Shown: positions 27,823-41,735 of the stretch, in pieces
Layout of the letters: the number at the start of each line of letters is the position of its first letter
Numbering within the stretch: the stretch's first letter is position 1
Source of the DNA: Eledone cirrhosa
Taxonomy: Eukaryota
Direction: 5' to 3'
DNA length: 64,000 nucleotides
Assembly: GCA_964016885.1 (NCBI GenBank)
Contig: OZ024752.1
Location: 10,726,001-10,790,000, forward strand
Made by a program: the position numbers and the translations under genes
Notes under the pieces: model-generated
Database searches by the model: none
What the model was told of the DNA's origin: nothing
Seen by the model: the letters and a program-made list of their open reading frames with translations, nothing else

Positions 27823-29549
27823 AGTAATCAGAAGGAGGGAGGTAAGCGTAAAAGCCAAACTCACTATCTTCAATACAGTAATCAGAAGGAGGGAGGTAAC
27901 CGTAAAAGCCAAACTCGCTATCTTCAATACAGTAATCAGAAGGAGGGAGGAAACCGTAAAAGCCAAACTCGCTATCTTCAATACAGTAATGAGAAGGAGG
28001 GAGGTAACCGTAAAAGCCAAACTCGCTATCTTCAATACAGTAATCAGAAGGAGGGATGTAACCGTAAAAGCCAAACTCGCTATCTTCAATACAGTAATCA
28101 GAAGGAGGGGGGGAAACCGTAAAAGCCAAACTCGCTATCTTCAATACAGTAATCAGAAGGAGGGAGGTAACCGTAAAAGCCAAACTCGCTATCTTCAATA
28201 CAGTAATCAGAAGGAGGGAGGTAAGCGTAAAAGCCAAACTCGTTATCTTCAATACAGTAATCAGAAGGAGGGAGGAAACCGTAAAAGCCAAACTCGTTAT
28301 CTTCAATACAGTAATCAGAAGGAGGGAGCAAACCGTAAAAGCCAAACTCGCTATCTTCAATACAGTAATCAGAAGGAGGGAGGAAACCGTAAAAGCCAAA
28401 CGCGCTATCTTCAATACAGTAATGAGAAGGAGGGAGGTAACCGTAAAAGCCAAACTCGCTATCTTCAATACAGTAATCAGAAGGAGGGAGGTAACCGTAA
28501 AAGCCAAACTCGCTATCTTCAATACAGTAATCAGAAGGAGGGAGGAAACCGTAAAAGCCAAACTCGCTATCTTCAATACAGTAATGAGAAGGAGGGAGGT
28601 AACCGTAAAAGCCAAACTCGCTATCTTCAATACAGTAATCAGAAGGAGGGAGGTAACCGTAAAAGCCAAACTCGCTATCTTCAATACAGTAATCAGAAGG
28701 AGGGAGGTAACCGTAAAAGCCAAACTCGCTATCTTCAATACAGTAATCAGAAGGAGGGAGGTAACCGTAAAAGCCAAACTCGCTATCTTCAATACAGTAA
28801 TCAGAAGGAGGGAGGAAACCGTAAAAGCCAAACTCGCTATCTTCAATACAGTAATCAGAAGGAGGGAGGTAACCGTAAAAGCCAAACTCGCTATCTTCAA
28901 TACAGTAATCAGAAGGAGGGGGGAAACCGTAAAAGCCAAACTCGCTATCTTCAATACAGTAATGAGAAGGAGGGAGGTAACCGTAAAAGCCAAACTCGCT
29001 ATCTTCAATACAGTAATCAGAAGGAGGGAGGTAACCGTAAAAGCCAAACTCGCTATCTTCAATACAGTAATCAGAAGGAGGGAGGAAACCGTAAAAGCCA
29101 AACTCGCTATCTTCAATATAGTAATCAGAAGGAGGGAGGTAACCGTAAAAGCGAAACCCGCTATCTTCAATACAGTAATCAGAAGGAGGGAGGAAACCGT
29201 AAAAGCCAAACTCGCTATCTTCAATACAGTAATCAGAAGGAGGGAGGTAACCGTAAAAGCCAAACTCGCTATCTTCAATACAGTAATCAGAAGGAGGGGG
29301 GAAACCGTAAAAGCCAAACTCGCTATCTTCAATACAGTAATCAGAAGGAGGGAGGAAACCGTAAAAGCCAAACTCGCTATCTTCAATATAGTAATCAGAA
29401 GGAGGGAGGTAACCGTAAAAGCGAAACCCGCTATCTTCAATACAGTAATCAGAAGGAGGGAGGTAACCGTAAAAGCGAAACCCGCTATCTTCAATACAGT
29501 AATCAGAAGGAGGGAGGTAACCGTAAAAGCCAAACTCGCTATCTTCAAT
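27823..29549 (+). repeat. 54-bp tandem satellite, about 32 near-identical copies, derived from an RTE ORF
   Basis: Unit AGTAATCAGAAGGAGGGAGGTAACCGTAAAAGCCAAACTCGCTATCTTCAATAC. Confidence 0.95.
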
Positions 29550-29720
29550 TCGGTATGGTCAATTATCTTGGGTAATTACCGAAGGAATACGTTCGCCAAT
29601 ACAAGCGGCCGAAATTGGGTTTCTCCGAAGAATGGTTGGAATAACGTTACGCCATAGACTCCATAGCTCGGAGATCAGTGAATCACTGCAGGTAGAGTGG
29701 CTACAGCTCCGATATTATAT
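29550..29720 (+). mobile_element. Rex3/Expander-like RTE ORF fragment
   Basis: YGQLSWVITEGIRSPIQAAEIGFLRRMVGITLRHRLHSSEISESLQVE matches RTE YG.E.W..T....RIQAAEM.FLRR..G. Confidence 0.85.
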
Positions 29721-30359
29721 TTATTTATTTATGTCGTTCTATAACTTCTTGATCTGTGATTGATTTCCCATTTCTTGGCTTATCAAGCAGACGGAATGGG
29801 GTATTTTGTTTCTGGATGACATCATTTTGTTTTAAGTGTGATGGATTGACGTGGCTCTTTACACTTTGAGATCAAATCCATCTGAGATCAACTTCGCTTT
29901 TTATCTGGTCGAAGTTGTAAAATAAAATAGCATCCGTGTAATGGATTTGATATAATCAACCTCTCTTAGCACCAAATATCTCGACTTATGTCAGTGTTAA
30001 ACCCGCTATGAATGACAGCAATTGTGTCTGTAACATGATATATACTTAGTTACAGTGTTTCATATCATTTTAATATGTGTTTATTAATGATAATAATGCT
30101 TTCGTATTTTCTCAGATGCCCAGCAATGAGGAAAGTTCAAATTTGATTATATTGACCCCTAGCGGATGTATCTTAAAAATTCCGGAAGTACGAAAAAGAA
30201 AATTCGACCTCGGCTGGATTTGAACGCAGAAAGTAAACTACCATATCTAAATACTACAAAGTATTTTGTCAAGCGCTCTACAATTTCTGTCAATATACCA
30301 CCCTATTGGTGAAAACAATAAGTTTGTATTGATAAAACAGTATATCATGTTTCAGGTAA

Positions 30360-30703
30360 AGGGGTTAAAGACCCATCGACATTCGTGACCGAAGGACTAT
30401 GGAGCTTACACCTAGAAAGTTTCCCCCCGAAGCACAAGTCCGGACATGTCTGTTTGTGGAAGACCAGCAGTCGCCCATGCATACCAGCCTCCCCTCTCTA
30501 TGCCACCGATGATGACCAAGGGAAAAGCAATGTCCGATACAGCTTGGCACCAGTGACGCCGCAATTCATTTCTACAGCTGAGTAACATTACTCAGAAATG
30601 AAGTGCCTTGCTCAAGAACTCTAAGCCTAACCCGGTCCGATAATCGAACTTACAACCTTTCGATTACAATCCCAATGCTCTAACCACAAAGTTCTGTGCC
30701 TTC
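30360..30703 (-). mobile_element. CORE-type SINE family B2
   Basis: Homologous to 41262-41672 and 51700-51948. Confidence 0.75.
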
Positions 30704-30894
30704 AGATTCGGCCGTTCAAACCACTAAAGACTGGTAACAAATTCCCCCAAATCTCAGGGTAACCTCAACTTAAATATAGATGAAATCATTCGGTTAATTA
30801 TGGAAAATATTAGGGTAGTTACTCTGGAATATATTTGACAGTATATCTTGTTGCTTGGATCTCACGTGGAATAATTAAATACGAACAAATCAGA

Positions 30895-31105
30895 TTTAGG
30901 AACTGATTTAGGAACAATTTTGGGGAGAGGGTAAAGTCCATTAAATCGAGTCCAGTTCATTACTGGTACTTCATTTAATCGACTCCGTAAATACAAAAAG
31001 CAAATCTAACATGGGTCGAATTTGAACTCACAAAATATATGTCCATAACATTATGCCGCAAAGCATATTGTCCACCGCTCTAACTATTTTGCAAAACCAC
31101 CCCCC
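30895..31105 (-). mobile_element. Old diverged SINE family A (similar relics at about 1335-1540, 29840-30000 and 30095-30305)
   Basis: TACTGGTACTT..TTTGAACTCA remnants. Confidence 0.55.
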
Positions 31106-31589
31106 TCTGCACCCATAGTTTTAATTATATTTGATTAAATTGATATAAAATACTTAAACAGATTTGGCCATAAGTTTTCACAATGAAATCTTATGAGTTG
31201 ATAAACAACAAAACAACAACACCAAAATAAATTTGTTTTCCATTTCGATCAATTTCTAACACATTTTAGTCCCATTATTTGTTATAAGAGATGATGTTTA
31301 CAATCAAGTCTCTTTTCTTATATACTCAAATCAATTTTATCAACTAAATTGAGTTTCCATTAATTGTTTGTTCGATAAACGTCTAGAATATTTGCAAACT
31401 AATTACAAAGACTTTGGTCTTCATTTCAAATGCACTTTCACTAAATGATATATTCAAAGAACGTACATACATGCTGTGTAACTTTTTTTATGTCTATGCA
31501 TCAATGTTTGCTTCTACTCAATGAATTTAGTTCAGAGCAGAGAGTAATGTCGATAACATCTGTTATATCGTCTTATCTTCTTATACATA

Positions 31590-32080
31590 CAAATATACAC
31601 TCACCTGGATATACAGAGAACAGAAGCACATACACAATATATGTACACACAAACACACACAGGGATACAGAGAGAGAGAGGGGGGGCACATACACATCAT
31701 ATGTACACACAAACACACACAGGGATACAGAGGGGAGAGAGAGAGGGAGAGGCACATACTCATCATATGTACACACAAACACACAGGGATACAGAGGGGA
31801 GAGAGAGAGGGAAGCACATACACAACATACTTACACACAGACACACACAGGGATACAGAGGGGGAGAGACAGGGGCACATGCACATCATTGGTACACACA
31901 AACACACAGAGATACAGACAGATAGAGCGGCCCATACACCAGCATGTGTACACACAAACACACACAGAGATATAGAGAGGGATAGACACACAAACACAAC
32001 GTATGTAAACACACACACGCACACACACACACACAGACATACAGACTCACACAAACACACACAGACAAACACGCACATAT
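31590..32080. repeat. About 60-bp CA/GA-rich minisatellite
   Basis: Repeated GTACACACAAACACACAGGGATACAGAG. Confidence 0.8.
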
Positions 32081-32900
32081 ACCATATCATAGAGATAGAT
32101 TGTATAGGCGTATCCGCAATAATATTTGTAAGTTCAATTAACAAATTTAGTAGACACTGGTTTAGACATGAGCGGATATTCAGGGTGTCAAATAATTTTC
32201 CTTTTTTGGGGGTTTATCTTTGACAAACCTATATGAATTTTTAGTGGGTTGGTCATAGGGTTATTTACTCCAGTAACTGCCACTGCATGCCAACCACTAA
32301 TTTGAAAGAAGATATAGAAGAACGTTTATGTCATTTTCCTTGGTTAGAATTATCCCTCTACATTCGAAGTAATAATTTACGCATGACGAATATCTCAAAA
32401 TGTGTATCAATAAAAATTGGTATTTATTGTAGTGCGGTAATTACAATTTGGTAACAAAACGAACCTTGTTACATGATAGAAGTGTAATCCTGAAATACAA
32501 GATAGGATTAGAAAAAGGTTAACATATTTGTGCTCGGTGTGGTCAGTTCGAGAGCCTGTCGCCATAAGAGCGAGATTGCCCTTTTCTCTTTTTCTTTTAC
32601 AATACCTGGAACGGAAGTTCAAGGAATGTTCTAGAAATTCTACGGGAAATAACTCTAGCTACTTCCCTTTGTCTAAAGAGCACTACAAATTTACAAACAT
32701 ACCCCAGCCAAATATATTTCCTCTATTTATTGGTACCGTGTTGTCATCGTGGCACAATCATGTCAATAGTAGGCTGTCGTATTGAAAATCATGTGTTAAT
32801 ATTTGTAAAATTGTTGTCTGGTAAGACTTTATGTGCTTGGAAGACACAAGTAACGGGTAAGATGGAAAGTAGTAAATATGATTAAATTAATGAAAGTATG

Positions 32901-32962
<62 letters not shown>

Positions 32963-33242
32963 GACAGTTCAAGAGTAAACCAATCTTAAATATAGATATA
33001 GTGGTAGGATAGGAGATATTGGGGAAGGTATTAGAAGCCAAAGCTTAGAAGTGGGTGCTCGATGTGCATTATACAGTGGAAAGCAGTTGGAAAACTGGGT
33101 TCATGCGGAGGTTAGGTGTACCGAGCTGGAAATATTCTGTAGGGACCTGCTAATCTGACGATTATTTACGGACACGTAACCCTCTTATTTAATTTTATTT
33201 TTATTTCTAATTTATACATATTAATATGTTCATTATCTAACT

Positions 33243-33372
33243 TCAAATTCTGAGGAGCTGCTCCATAATATTATTCTATGTTAATTATCTTTCTCTGCAC
33301 CAAATCAATAACGATATTACCATCGATTGATCCAGAAACATTATATGGAGTAGTGAAACAATTGTAAACTGA
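33243..33372 (+). ncRNA. Type I hammerhead with long stem II insert
   Basis: CTGAGGA-GCTGCTCCATA..TATGGAGTAGT-GAAA-CAATTG-TA; 11-bp stem II, imperfect stem I. Confidence 0.7.
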
Positions 33373-33659
33373 CAATATTACGCCCTTTTTTATATTAAAC
33401 TGCAGTTAATGTGGATACTTTTCGACTAATGCCTTGATTTGCTTAACTACTTAATATATATATATACATGAAAAAATGGCGGGCAAATGGGTTACATATG
33501 AATAAAATTAGTCCTTCAGCAGTGATCTTCCACCCTTCATCGCTTTAAAGATCATATACCCCTGGTTGGTGCGAGCAACGGCTAAAGAAGGTCGTTGGGA
33601 CACGTAAAATAGGGTGAAACGAGCGAGACATGTAAAGAAACAGTCCTGAGTGTCCTGAC

Positions 33660-33940
33660 TGTTCCTTTTACCCACTCTATTACCCTAAGTATTGAGTACT
33701 CTAGTGTGTTATGGTCCATCTGGTATCTTCCCACACCCTCTTTATAAATATATAACGAGGGAATTGTGGTAAGAAACCAGGTGGACCATAACGCACCAGA
33801 GTACTCAATAATTAGGGTAGTAGAGTGGGTGATAGGAAAAGGTATGCCCCCGACGGCAGAGCTCAAGCCGTTTCGACGGCTATTTCAGCCGTGAAATAGC
33901 CATCGAAACGGCTTGACCTCAGCCTTTGGGGTCACACCTT
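33660..33940. mobile_element. Tail-to-tail pLTR pair plus fold-back
   Basis: 33663-33744 is inverted relative to 33756-33840; 33838-33940 is a hairpin with HHR 3' half GCCATC-GAAA-CGGC-TT. Confidence 0.7.
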
Positions 33941-33969
33941 TATATATATATATATATGCGTGTGTGTGT

Positions 33970-34260
33970 GTGTAGATGACATACTCATTCTTACACCGTC
34001 CGGTGAAGAACCAGACGGCATTCTCCATCATGGACGTTAACATAACGTTCAACATAGAACACCCTGGTGACACTGATCCCTCTCGCTGCTAGCCTTCCAA
34101 CTCAGGGTAACGGAAGAAGGCGCCATCCATACTAGCTTCGACAGAAAACCCGCCAGCAGGGACCTGTTGTCAATTTGAAATTGGCCCTCCACCTTGGTGC
34201 CAAGTCCAGATAGATAAGGAATGAACTGACACGTATTAGTGCGGCTAACGACTTGCCTAT
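33970..34260 (+). mobile_element. PLE reverse transcriptase / thumb remnant
   Basis: VDDILILT...IEHP..SLL.F..V.EEGAIHTSF.RKPA..DL...IRNELTRI matches PLE YVDD..F.IE...L.FLD..I....T..YRK. Confidence 0.75.
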
Positions 34261-34649
34261 ACCCAGCAATACCATGCATCGCCAAAAATGTCACATAAGG
34301 AGGGATGCGTGTACATCGCTTGATATGTGAAGAAAGACTTTTCACGGAGTCTGTACCACTCTGTAAACATCGAATGCATTTACCCCAAAAGTAGAACTGG
34401 TCTACATCGTTAGTTGCAATTGAAGTCGCAGGTTTTATATAAGTGTGTCCTTCACCTCGAGAGATATCTTAATGAAGACTAGGAGTCTCTCGCTCTTAAA
34501 GAAAAAAGTTGTATATGTGTACTTGTTCTATGTGTGTGGTAATGTGTGTAATCATTTATATCTGTATGCATATTAATTGTAGAAGCTTGCTTGTGTATCT
34601 GTCAGTATGTGCACATACGTGTGTGTGTCTGTGTATATGTGTGTGTGTA

Positions 34650-34695
<46 letters not shown>

Positions 34696-35479
34696 GCCGT
34701 GCGTTCGTATGTATGTTTGTGTGTGTTTTATATATTTTCGTGTTTAGATAAGTGGTTGTATATTAATGTTGGCATGTGTGGTAGTAAGGGGGCTGTTACA
34801 TGCGTGGGACCCTGAATACAATCGTTTCCCCACAAGAATCTTTAAAACAGAAACCATCCATGAATAGAATTCTCAGATTTACTAAAAATGCCAAACTTTA
34901 CTATCACTGACGTTGTTTCTTGTTGGAAAATCTTCAACTTTGGAAACAATTCATCATTTCAGATCAATAATATACGACAGCCTAATACAACAGGACTGTA
35001 TTCTTTCTGCACACACGAATAACGTAGAACGCATCCCAAGATATTTGGTATAAATTCACTCACAAAAACATTGCTCTCTTTGCCTTCGTGACTTGCTATA
35101 TTGTATCCCTTATATTGTTACTTCCACATCAAACCCCTAGGCTAAAATTTTGTAGTCACCCAGGATAGTATCGAATCCATTACATCGTGCCTAGAAAGCG
35201 ATCTTCTTAAACATACGACAACGCTTACAACTAAATGAATATTTTGTACTTAAAATCCGAATCAAACCTCGAAATATATTTTATCAAAACGATAATTCTG
35301 GCAAGGCTCACTGGAAGACGAGCTTCAGGACTTTACCCTCACAACATAAGCTAAAATATTTTCAAGAATTTATCATATGATAAAGTAAATAACCTTCAAG
35401 AATGTTCTTCGGCTTTTCTACTCTTTTCGCAACGCCTCTAAACTTCGGAAGACTATTTCTGCTAACAGACCGATTAATC

Positions 35480-36085
35480 AATTGAACGCAGAATTGTGCA
35501 GGGAAAGAGATCCTGTGTGTGGCTGCAGATAGGTTGCTTTATAGACTCCCCAAAAGATTTCAACATCTTTAAAGCTCTGGCATGGGATGCGAGAAACAGG
35601 CTTGACAAGACTTGGCGCGCAAATGTATCATCCTCCTTACAAGTCCAAATCTTTCGAACATTGATCAAACCAGTACTACTATATGGATCAGAAACAAGGA
35701 CTTTATCTGTTAGTCTTGAAAGACGGCTGGATGGAGCGTATACAAATCTGCTCAGAATAAGCAAAACCATAAGCTGGAGATCACACGTAACACTTGAAAC
35801 AATCTAAGGAGATTTTATTCTTATATTCCTCAGACTCAAACAAAAAAGACTACAGTTTGCTGGTCACTGTCATGGAGCCGACAAAGAAATCATTTCATCT
35901 CTCCTCCAGTGGCATCCTTCTGGATGTGTCTATTGTCGAAAACTGACTTTCCCAGATAGCATAGCTCGAAACTCAGGGTTGGACATAAGGGATCCGGGGA
36001 GAACAATATAGGACCGAACAGTGTGGAAAGGGGTTGTCAAGAGAGTTCCGACAGCCCACAGAGGATACGAAAGATGATGATGCGT
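35480..36085 (+). mobile_element. RTE LINE 3' fragment
   Basis: FRTLIKPVLLYGSETRTLS..LERRLDGAYTNLLR..ISW..H...RLQFAGHC; (GAT)n tail. Confidence 0.9.
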
Positions 36086-37277
36086 GGTAAATGTCTAAAA
36101 TGAGGAAAGAAAAGAAGTTGTACACGAAGATAAAAAGACGCGAAACAATTATTACTGCCTCAGATTTAGATGACACATCATCTGTTTTGTCTGAGGAGTA
36201 AAGTCCATGATAATCACCTTAGAAAAAACTAATGAAAGATTACACATCATTTGACTTGATATGTGGGCCGTACACCATTTTCAGTTACAATATCAAGACT
36301 AGGATAATTGTTCACTAATACTTTTGCATGACTGATTGAAAATTTCACTTAAGGCCTCTCAACGCCTTCATAATAATAGGAATCGATTATATTTCCCTTA
36401 TTCTGTATATTAAAGTATTACACTTTTGTAAAGTGACAATATTTCCATTTATGTTCAAAAGCTATTCACACAATCTATGGATACACTGGGTTCAGTAGCT
36501 CTATTGATAAGAACATTATTTTCATCATATATAATACTTCATCATGAAAAAAAAAGAAATATCTCATATTTTGTTGACAAGGAAGTTGTTTATCGCTGCT
36601 GTAAGAATCACTCATGAGACTAATTTCAACGATTGCTAATGAGCGTAATGGTATATAAAATTTCATAAAAGTGTTTTCTGAAGTCGATCAATGATTCGTA
36701 TGATGATCAATAATTCAATGCAAATTTTTGATACTACCTTATTAAACAGATCAATGTCTCGATTTAGAGATCGTAGACATTGATTTAATGGACTCTCAAT
36801 AAATATCGTGATCAAAAGATTTTTTTCAGTTCCTAAAACACATCAAATTTTACAAATGGTTCGAGTTAAATTAATGAAATAGATAATGCGGAAGCTACGG
36901 TAATTATCTTTCGGCGACAAAGCTGTATATCTGTGGCGAGATACCAAAGACAAAATGGAGGACAAGATAAACAAGAGATGAATGTCGTCTATAGTAATAG
37001 ATTGTCATTTATTAATTTCATACTGATGTATGATCATTAGACCTGAGCACAGTAAACCAGCAAATAACAATTCTAGTTCCAGTGAGTTTTAATGCATTGC
37101 TGCCTCGGATCTGAGGTATTCAAAGATTTACAATAGTAATCTATACAGTGCATTGTAATAGTAATGGATAAACTCACTGTTATTCTGCAGGATGATATAT
37201 ATATATGTGTGTGTGTGGGTGTATGTGTGTGTGTGTGTGTGTGTGTATGTGTGTGTGTGCGCGCGCGCGCACGCACG

Positions 37278-37323
<46 letters not shown>

Positions 37324-37342
37324 GTGTGAGAGACAGAGAAAA

Positions 37343-37379
<37 letters not shown>

Positions 37380-38485
37380 TGTAATTATGTATAAGCATAT
37401 GTGTAGTGTGTGTGCGTGTGTGTGTGTATATATATGTGTTAGTGTGTGTGTGTGTGTTTCTATATCAAACATATACCGTAGTACAAACATCTAACACAGT
37501 TCTCACTATAGATGGAAATCGTTTAGGTTCAAAGCGAGAATTCATTAATATGGATGAATGGTGAAATTTGAAAATGTACAGAAAGGAAAACAGACCACAT
37601 ACACACACACCACACACACACACACTCACACACACTCACACACAAGCACAGGCATACAAACATAACATATATATATATATATTAATGCTGGTACTCAATA
37701 TATGGTTTAGTGCTTACTGTTTCCTGAATATGAATTCTAGATGTCTCGACTAGATTTTAAGTCCATTTGGGATCAGTCAAAAACAGAATGTTTTCGGTAT
37801 TAGATTGGTTTTATAAACACAAAAGCCTGGTCATTTCTTTTCTAAAAGCTAATGTTTTCATCAGTGTTGTATTTTAAGCTCTCCTTCTCTCATTTTTGAT
37901 CACATTTTTCCGATCATTTCCTTCGTTATCATTGCAGGTTTCAGCGCCAAATTCTTTTCAGTAATTTTTACAATGAAATGTGTTTTGTGTGAATTTTTTT
38001 TATCTGTATGCCGTATATGGTCCCACTCTATGCTCGCTATACATTCAAGACAAATATAGCTTAAATATTCAACAAATATCTGTAGATATAACGCCCTGTT
38101 AATTAGACACTAGATGTTTTAAACTATTGCGATAGTAATAGTAATGATGTTGCTTGGTTCAGATTGAGACACATCTGCACATATGGCGACATCGATATAG
38201 CCGTGCAATAACCTCGAATGTCTCTCCAATCAGTCTACTTAGAAATCATTGTTGCATCATAGAAGCCTCAGGCAGCATATCTTCATATGAAATAACATAA
38301 TTCACTAACTTTCCTCCAACAGACGTTTTGACTGCAGTTACGTTGCATGAGGTCTAATCAGCTTTTTTTGTTCCTAACACATATAAAAAATATTTCCAAT
38401 ACCAAGTTGATAAAAACAGCGTTTTGCATTGTTCTGTAGATATATATTGTACTTAAGCATTGTACATATATATTCCACATATGAA

Positions 38486-38536
<51 letters not shown>

Positions 38537-39479
38537 TTTAGAACCCGGACTCGTCAGTGAAGATGCAATTTTACAGTTTAGTGCCATATAAATGTTATGT
38601 ATTTAAAAATAGTTTTTGTAAAGAGAATAGAAGCAAAATAAAATTATGAGATTGTCAGTAGTAATTAGATTTCGTGTCACTTCTACGTAATACATGTTAA
38701 TAATATCTTTACTGATAACAGTATTTATTCTTAGATTTCATTTTTAGTTATAACCTCTTGAGATAGACGTTCTCAGAATAGCCGTTGGAATACTTAAGCA
38801 TGCATGTTAACATTTTCTAAATTTTCTCAGATAGAATGCCTGGGTATCATTGTTTCGAATCAGCCCAGTTAGTTTTGAAATGCAAATTAAATATGTTATG
38901 TTATTAACCTGTAAGTTCTTAGGAAGTTGTAGGGTCGCCATAGTGATATACGGTGTTTCTTAGGTCATTATGCTTCTATTCTTTAACCAGGCGGAGCCCT
39001 TCACATCTCAAAGCCTGAGTAGATTAGGTTGTTTTTTTCAGAGAAGGATGAAAGATAGTGAGTAAATGAAATGGAATAATAAAGGGGATCTAGAGGAAAA
39101 TTAGACCTCAGTACTCGACTGATACTATTTGATCGACTTCGAATGGAGGAAAGCTAAAGAAATGAAATAATATCGGGAAATTTCCGAAACTGTTCTATGA
39201 AATATCATATTATTCGTGATAGTAAGTATCATACATTTAGCTGATTTGTGAACCCATTAACAAAATGTATGGTCTGCTACATAGCTCTTCAGGGAAGGTT
39301 GAATAATAAAGAACTATCAATGGATGGTTTACATTTACTTCCAACTAGTGTACATCTCACAAACAAAATATTCACATTATTCTGATAGGTAATCACTGAA
39401 TCTCAGAGACGTGGTCTGTCCATGTCTTTCAGATAAGGCTTCTTGTGACGCTAAACTCAGCCAGTTGCAGACTTCGCAT

Positions 39480-39770
39480 TAACATAAGATATGTTTCTCT
39501 ACAAAGTTCGAACTCCAATAGCAGAGTTTAAATAGCAAAGATTAAGTCCAGTTCATAAGTTGACATTATCAAACCAACATTTTGGCTGCCGGCCTTTGCT
39601 TCTCTTACCAGCCAACCTTCCTTCCAGGTATAACGTACTCACACCACAAGTTGATTAATTTATATGGCCGTATAGTTTGAGTACCCTTGACTTGACAATT
39701 GATGTAATTGGTCTAAGTCTGGTAATGTTGAGCACCTCATTGATACAGATACGGTCGCTGAGCCGCTTGC
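39480..39770 (-). mobile_element. RTE LINE 3' fragment (family of 19200)
   Basis: Reverse-complement match to 19210-19440. Confidence 0.7.
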
Positions 39771-39871
39771 CAGTCATAAGTCCCGTAATGTGGTTCTGGT
39801 AGGATGTAAGTATTGCGATGGTATTTACTATTCATAAGATATTTGTAATACGCTCATTTGATTCTTTCATA

Positions 39872-40136
39872 ACTCACCTAACACACTACCAACCACTTCA
39901 CTTAATATACTACATGGCACTTACAACCTACTGCACAATTCAACCAGTGTTGTTGGCCTACACTTACATAGAGTGTACATCAGTCCCCATCTATCTCTAT
40001 TTATTCTCTCACAATTCACCTAAAACACTAACAACCACCTCGCTTAATAAACCACACGGCACTTACATTCTACTGCACAACCAGTGTTATTGGCCTAAAC
40101 TTACTTAGAGTGTACCTGAATCCCCATGTATCTCTC
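39872..40136. repeat. Diverged tandem duplication of about 140 bp
   Basis: CACCTAA..GGCACTTACA..CCAGTGTT.TTGGCCTA..AGAGTGTAC..TCCCCAT occurs twice. Confidence 0.75.
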
Positions 40137-41261
40137 CGGTATTATATTATATATATATATGTGTAAAACAATGTGATATGCCTTTCCACCTCTAATGATT
40201 TCATTACGGCAAATTTTAGTTAAAGTAAAACTAGAATTTATGTTTTCGCTCTAACATAGCGGATACCTAAATGCATTCGAGAGATTTATATCAAATAACA
40301 ATAATATTCGATTCATTTGCAAGCAAACAGCCTCATCACAGTATGCTTTTTAGACGACCACAAGGATGGCTATGATCATCTAAAAAACATGTAATGAGCT
40401 TGTTACTTTGCCTCATACAATTGAATATGCACGAGTGTTTTTTCCCTCCCCAATTTTTTTTTAGTTTTCCCCCATTCTTTCCTCTCATCACTCTTTGCTT
40501 TCTATTTATCTTCGAATTGCAGCTGTTGTCTCACGAAGGACAAGTGTCAGAAACGTTAAGGCTGTCTTCCCGCTGTTTCAAGCGTTAAATTAATATATTT
40601 TTTCCATGTACTGTGTCATTTGTTTTCTTATTTTTGTTCTTTCTGTTTATCTTTTACATAAGAATATTGTAATTATTCGATATAAAACTCGTGAATGCAA
40701 TTCACTAAAGTATTTTAGAAAAATTACTGAAATCTGATCATGCAACTCATAAATAGATATCATTTAAAATCTCGAAATTAAGTAAAAACTCGGATGTGAA
40801 TATACAAGCGAAGGAAAAGGTAAGACATTCATAAAATATTTTAAATTATAATTAATATTATAACCTGAAGGAATGTTTATGAGATATTATGAAATATATA
40901 AATCTAATTAATAGCATTTTCTTTTTTTATATTTCACTAAAAATTCTAAATCGATATATATCTCCAAAATGGATTTATCAAGAAAATAATCTCGGAAAAT
41001 GAAATCCAACGATGAACGTTTACTAATGGTAAGAGATAAAATTCTAATTTTAGCATAAACATATAATTAGTCAGTGACATAGGTTTAAAATGAAAGAAAT
41101 GTCCCTCATTCATTCTAAAATATTAAGTTTTCAAACATTGGACACAGTACCTATGCCATGTGAAGATATTAATACAGATGCAGCTGGAAAAACAGAGAAA
41201 GAAAGTAAATGGCTCTGGTGTCAACGTTACTTCTGGCTTTAAGTGTATACCAGAGTTTATC

Positions 41262-41665
41262 CATATGCCTGGATTGATAGTATTACATGGCTTGCAATCG
41301 AGAGTTTGTGAGTTCAATTCTCGGACCGGGCGATTCTTTTGTCGTTGAGCAAGATACTTTATTTCACATAGCTCCAGTTTACTCAGGTGTAGAAATGAGT
41401 TGCGGCATCACTGACAATATCTATCGGCCATTGCCTTTCCCTTGAACAACATTAGTTTCGTGGAGAGGGTATACTTGACACTAGTCATTCGTGAGACGAC
41501 GGTTCCAATTAGAAGATAAATACAAAGCAAAGAGTGATGAGATGAAAGAGCGGGGAGTCTGGTATACTTGGGCAACTGCTGGTCTTCCACAAACAACATA
41601 GCTCGGACATGTGCCTCGGTGCAAATGCTATGGTCATTCGTAACCAAAGTGAGTAGTTAACCCTT

Positions 41666-41672
<7 letters not shown>
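41262..41672 (+). mobile_element. CORE-type SINE family B2
   Basis: GAGTTCAATTC B-box; TTGAGCAAGATACTTTATTTCAC..CTCAGGTGTAGAAATGAG. Confidence 0.8.

Positions 41673-41735
<63 letters not shown>

Noticed and set aside
27823-29549. CRISPR-like array
   Set aside because: Contiguous tandem units with no unique spacers, in a eukaryotic context with no cas genes.
27797-29657. ORFs of 411-583 aa as a host membrane or repeat protein gene
   Set aside because: They arise from a stop-free 54-bp satellite open in several frames on both strands, and the unit traces to an RTE ORF.
36100-39400. Host gene exons in the less repetitive stretch
   Set aside because: No recognisable protein motif or convincing splice-bounded ORF by eye; short exons cannot be excluded without RNA-seq.
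40525-40565. Hammerhead-like CTCACGA-GGAC/GTC-GAAACGTT
   Set aside because: Core G5 is lost and stem I does not pair; a probable relic only.
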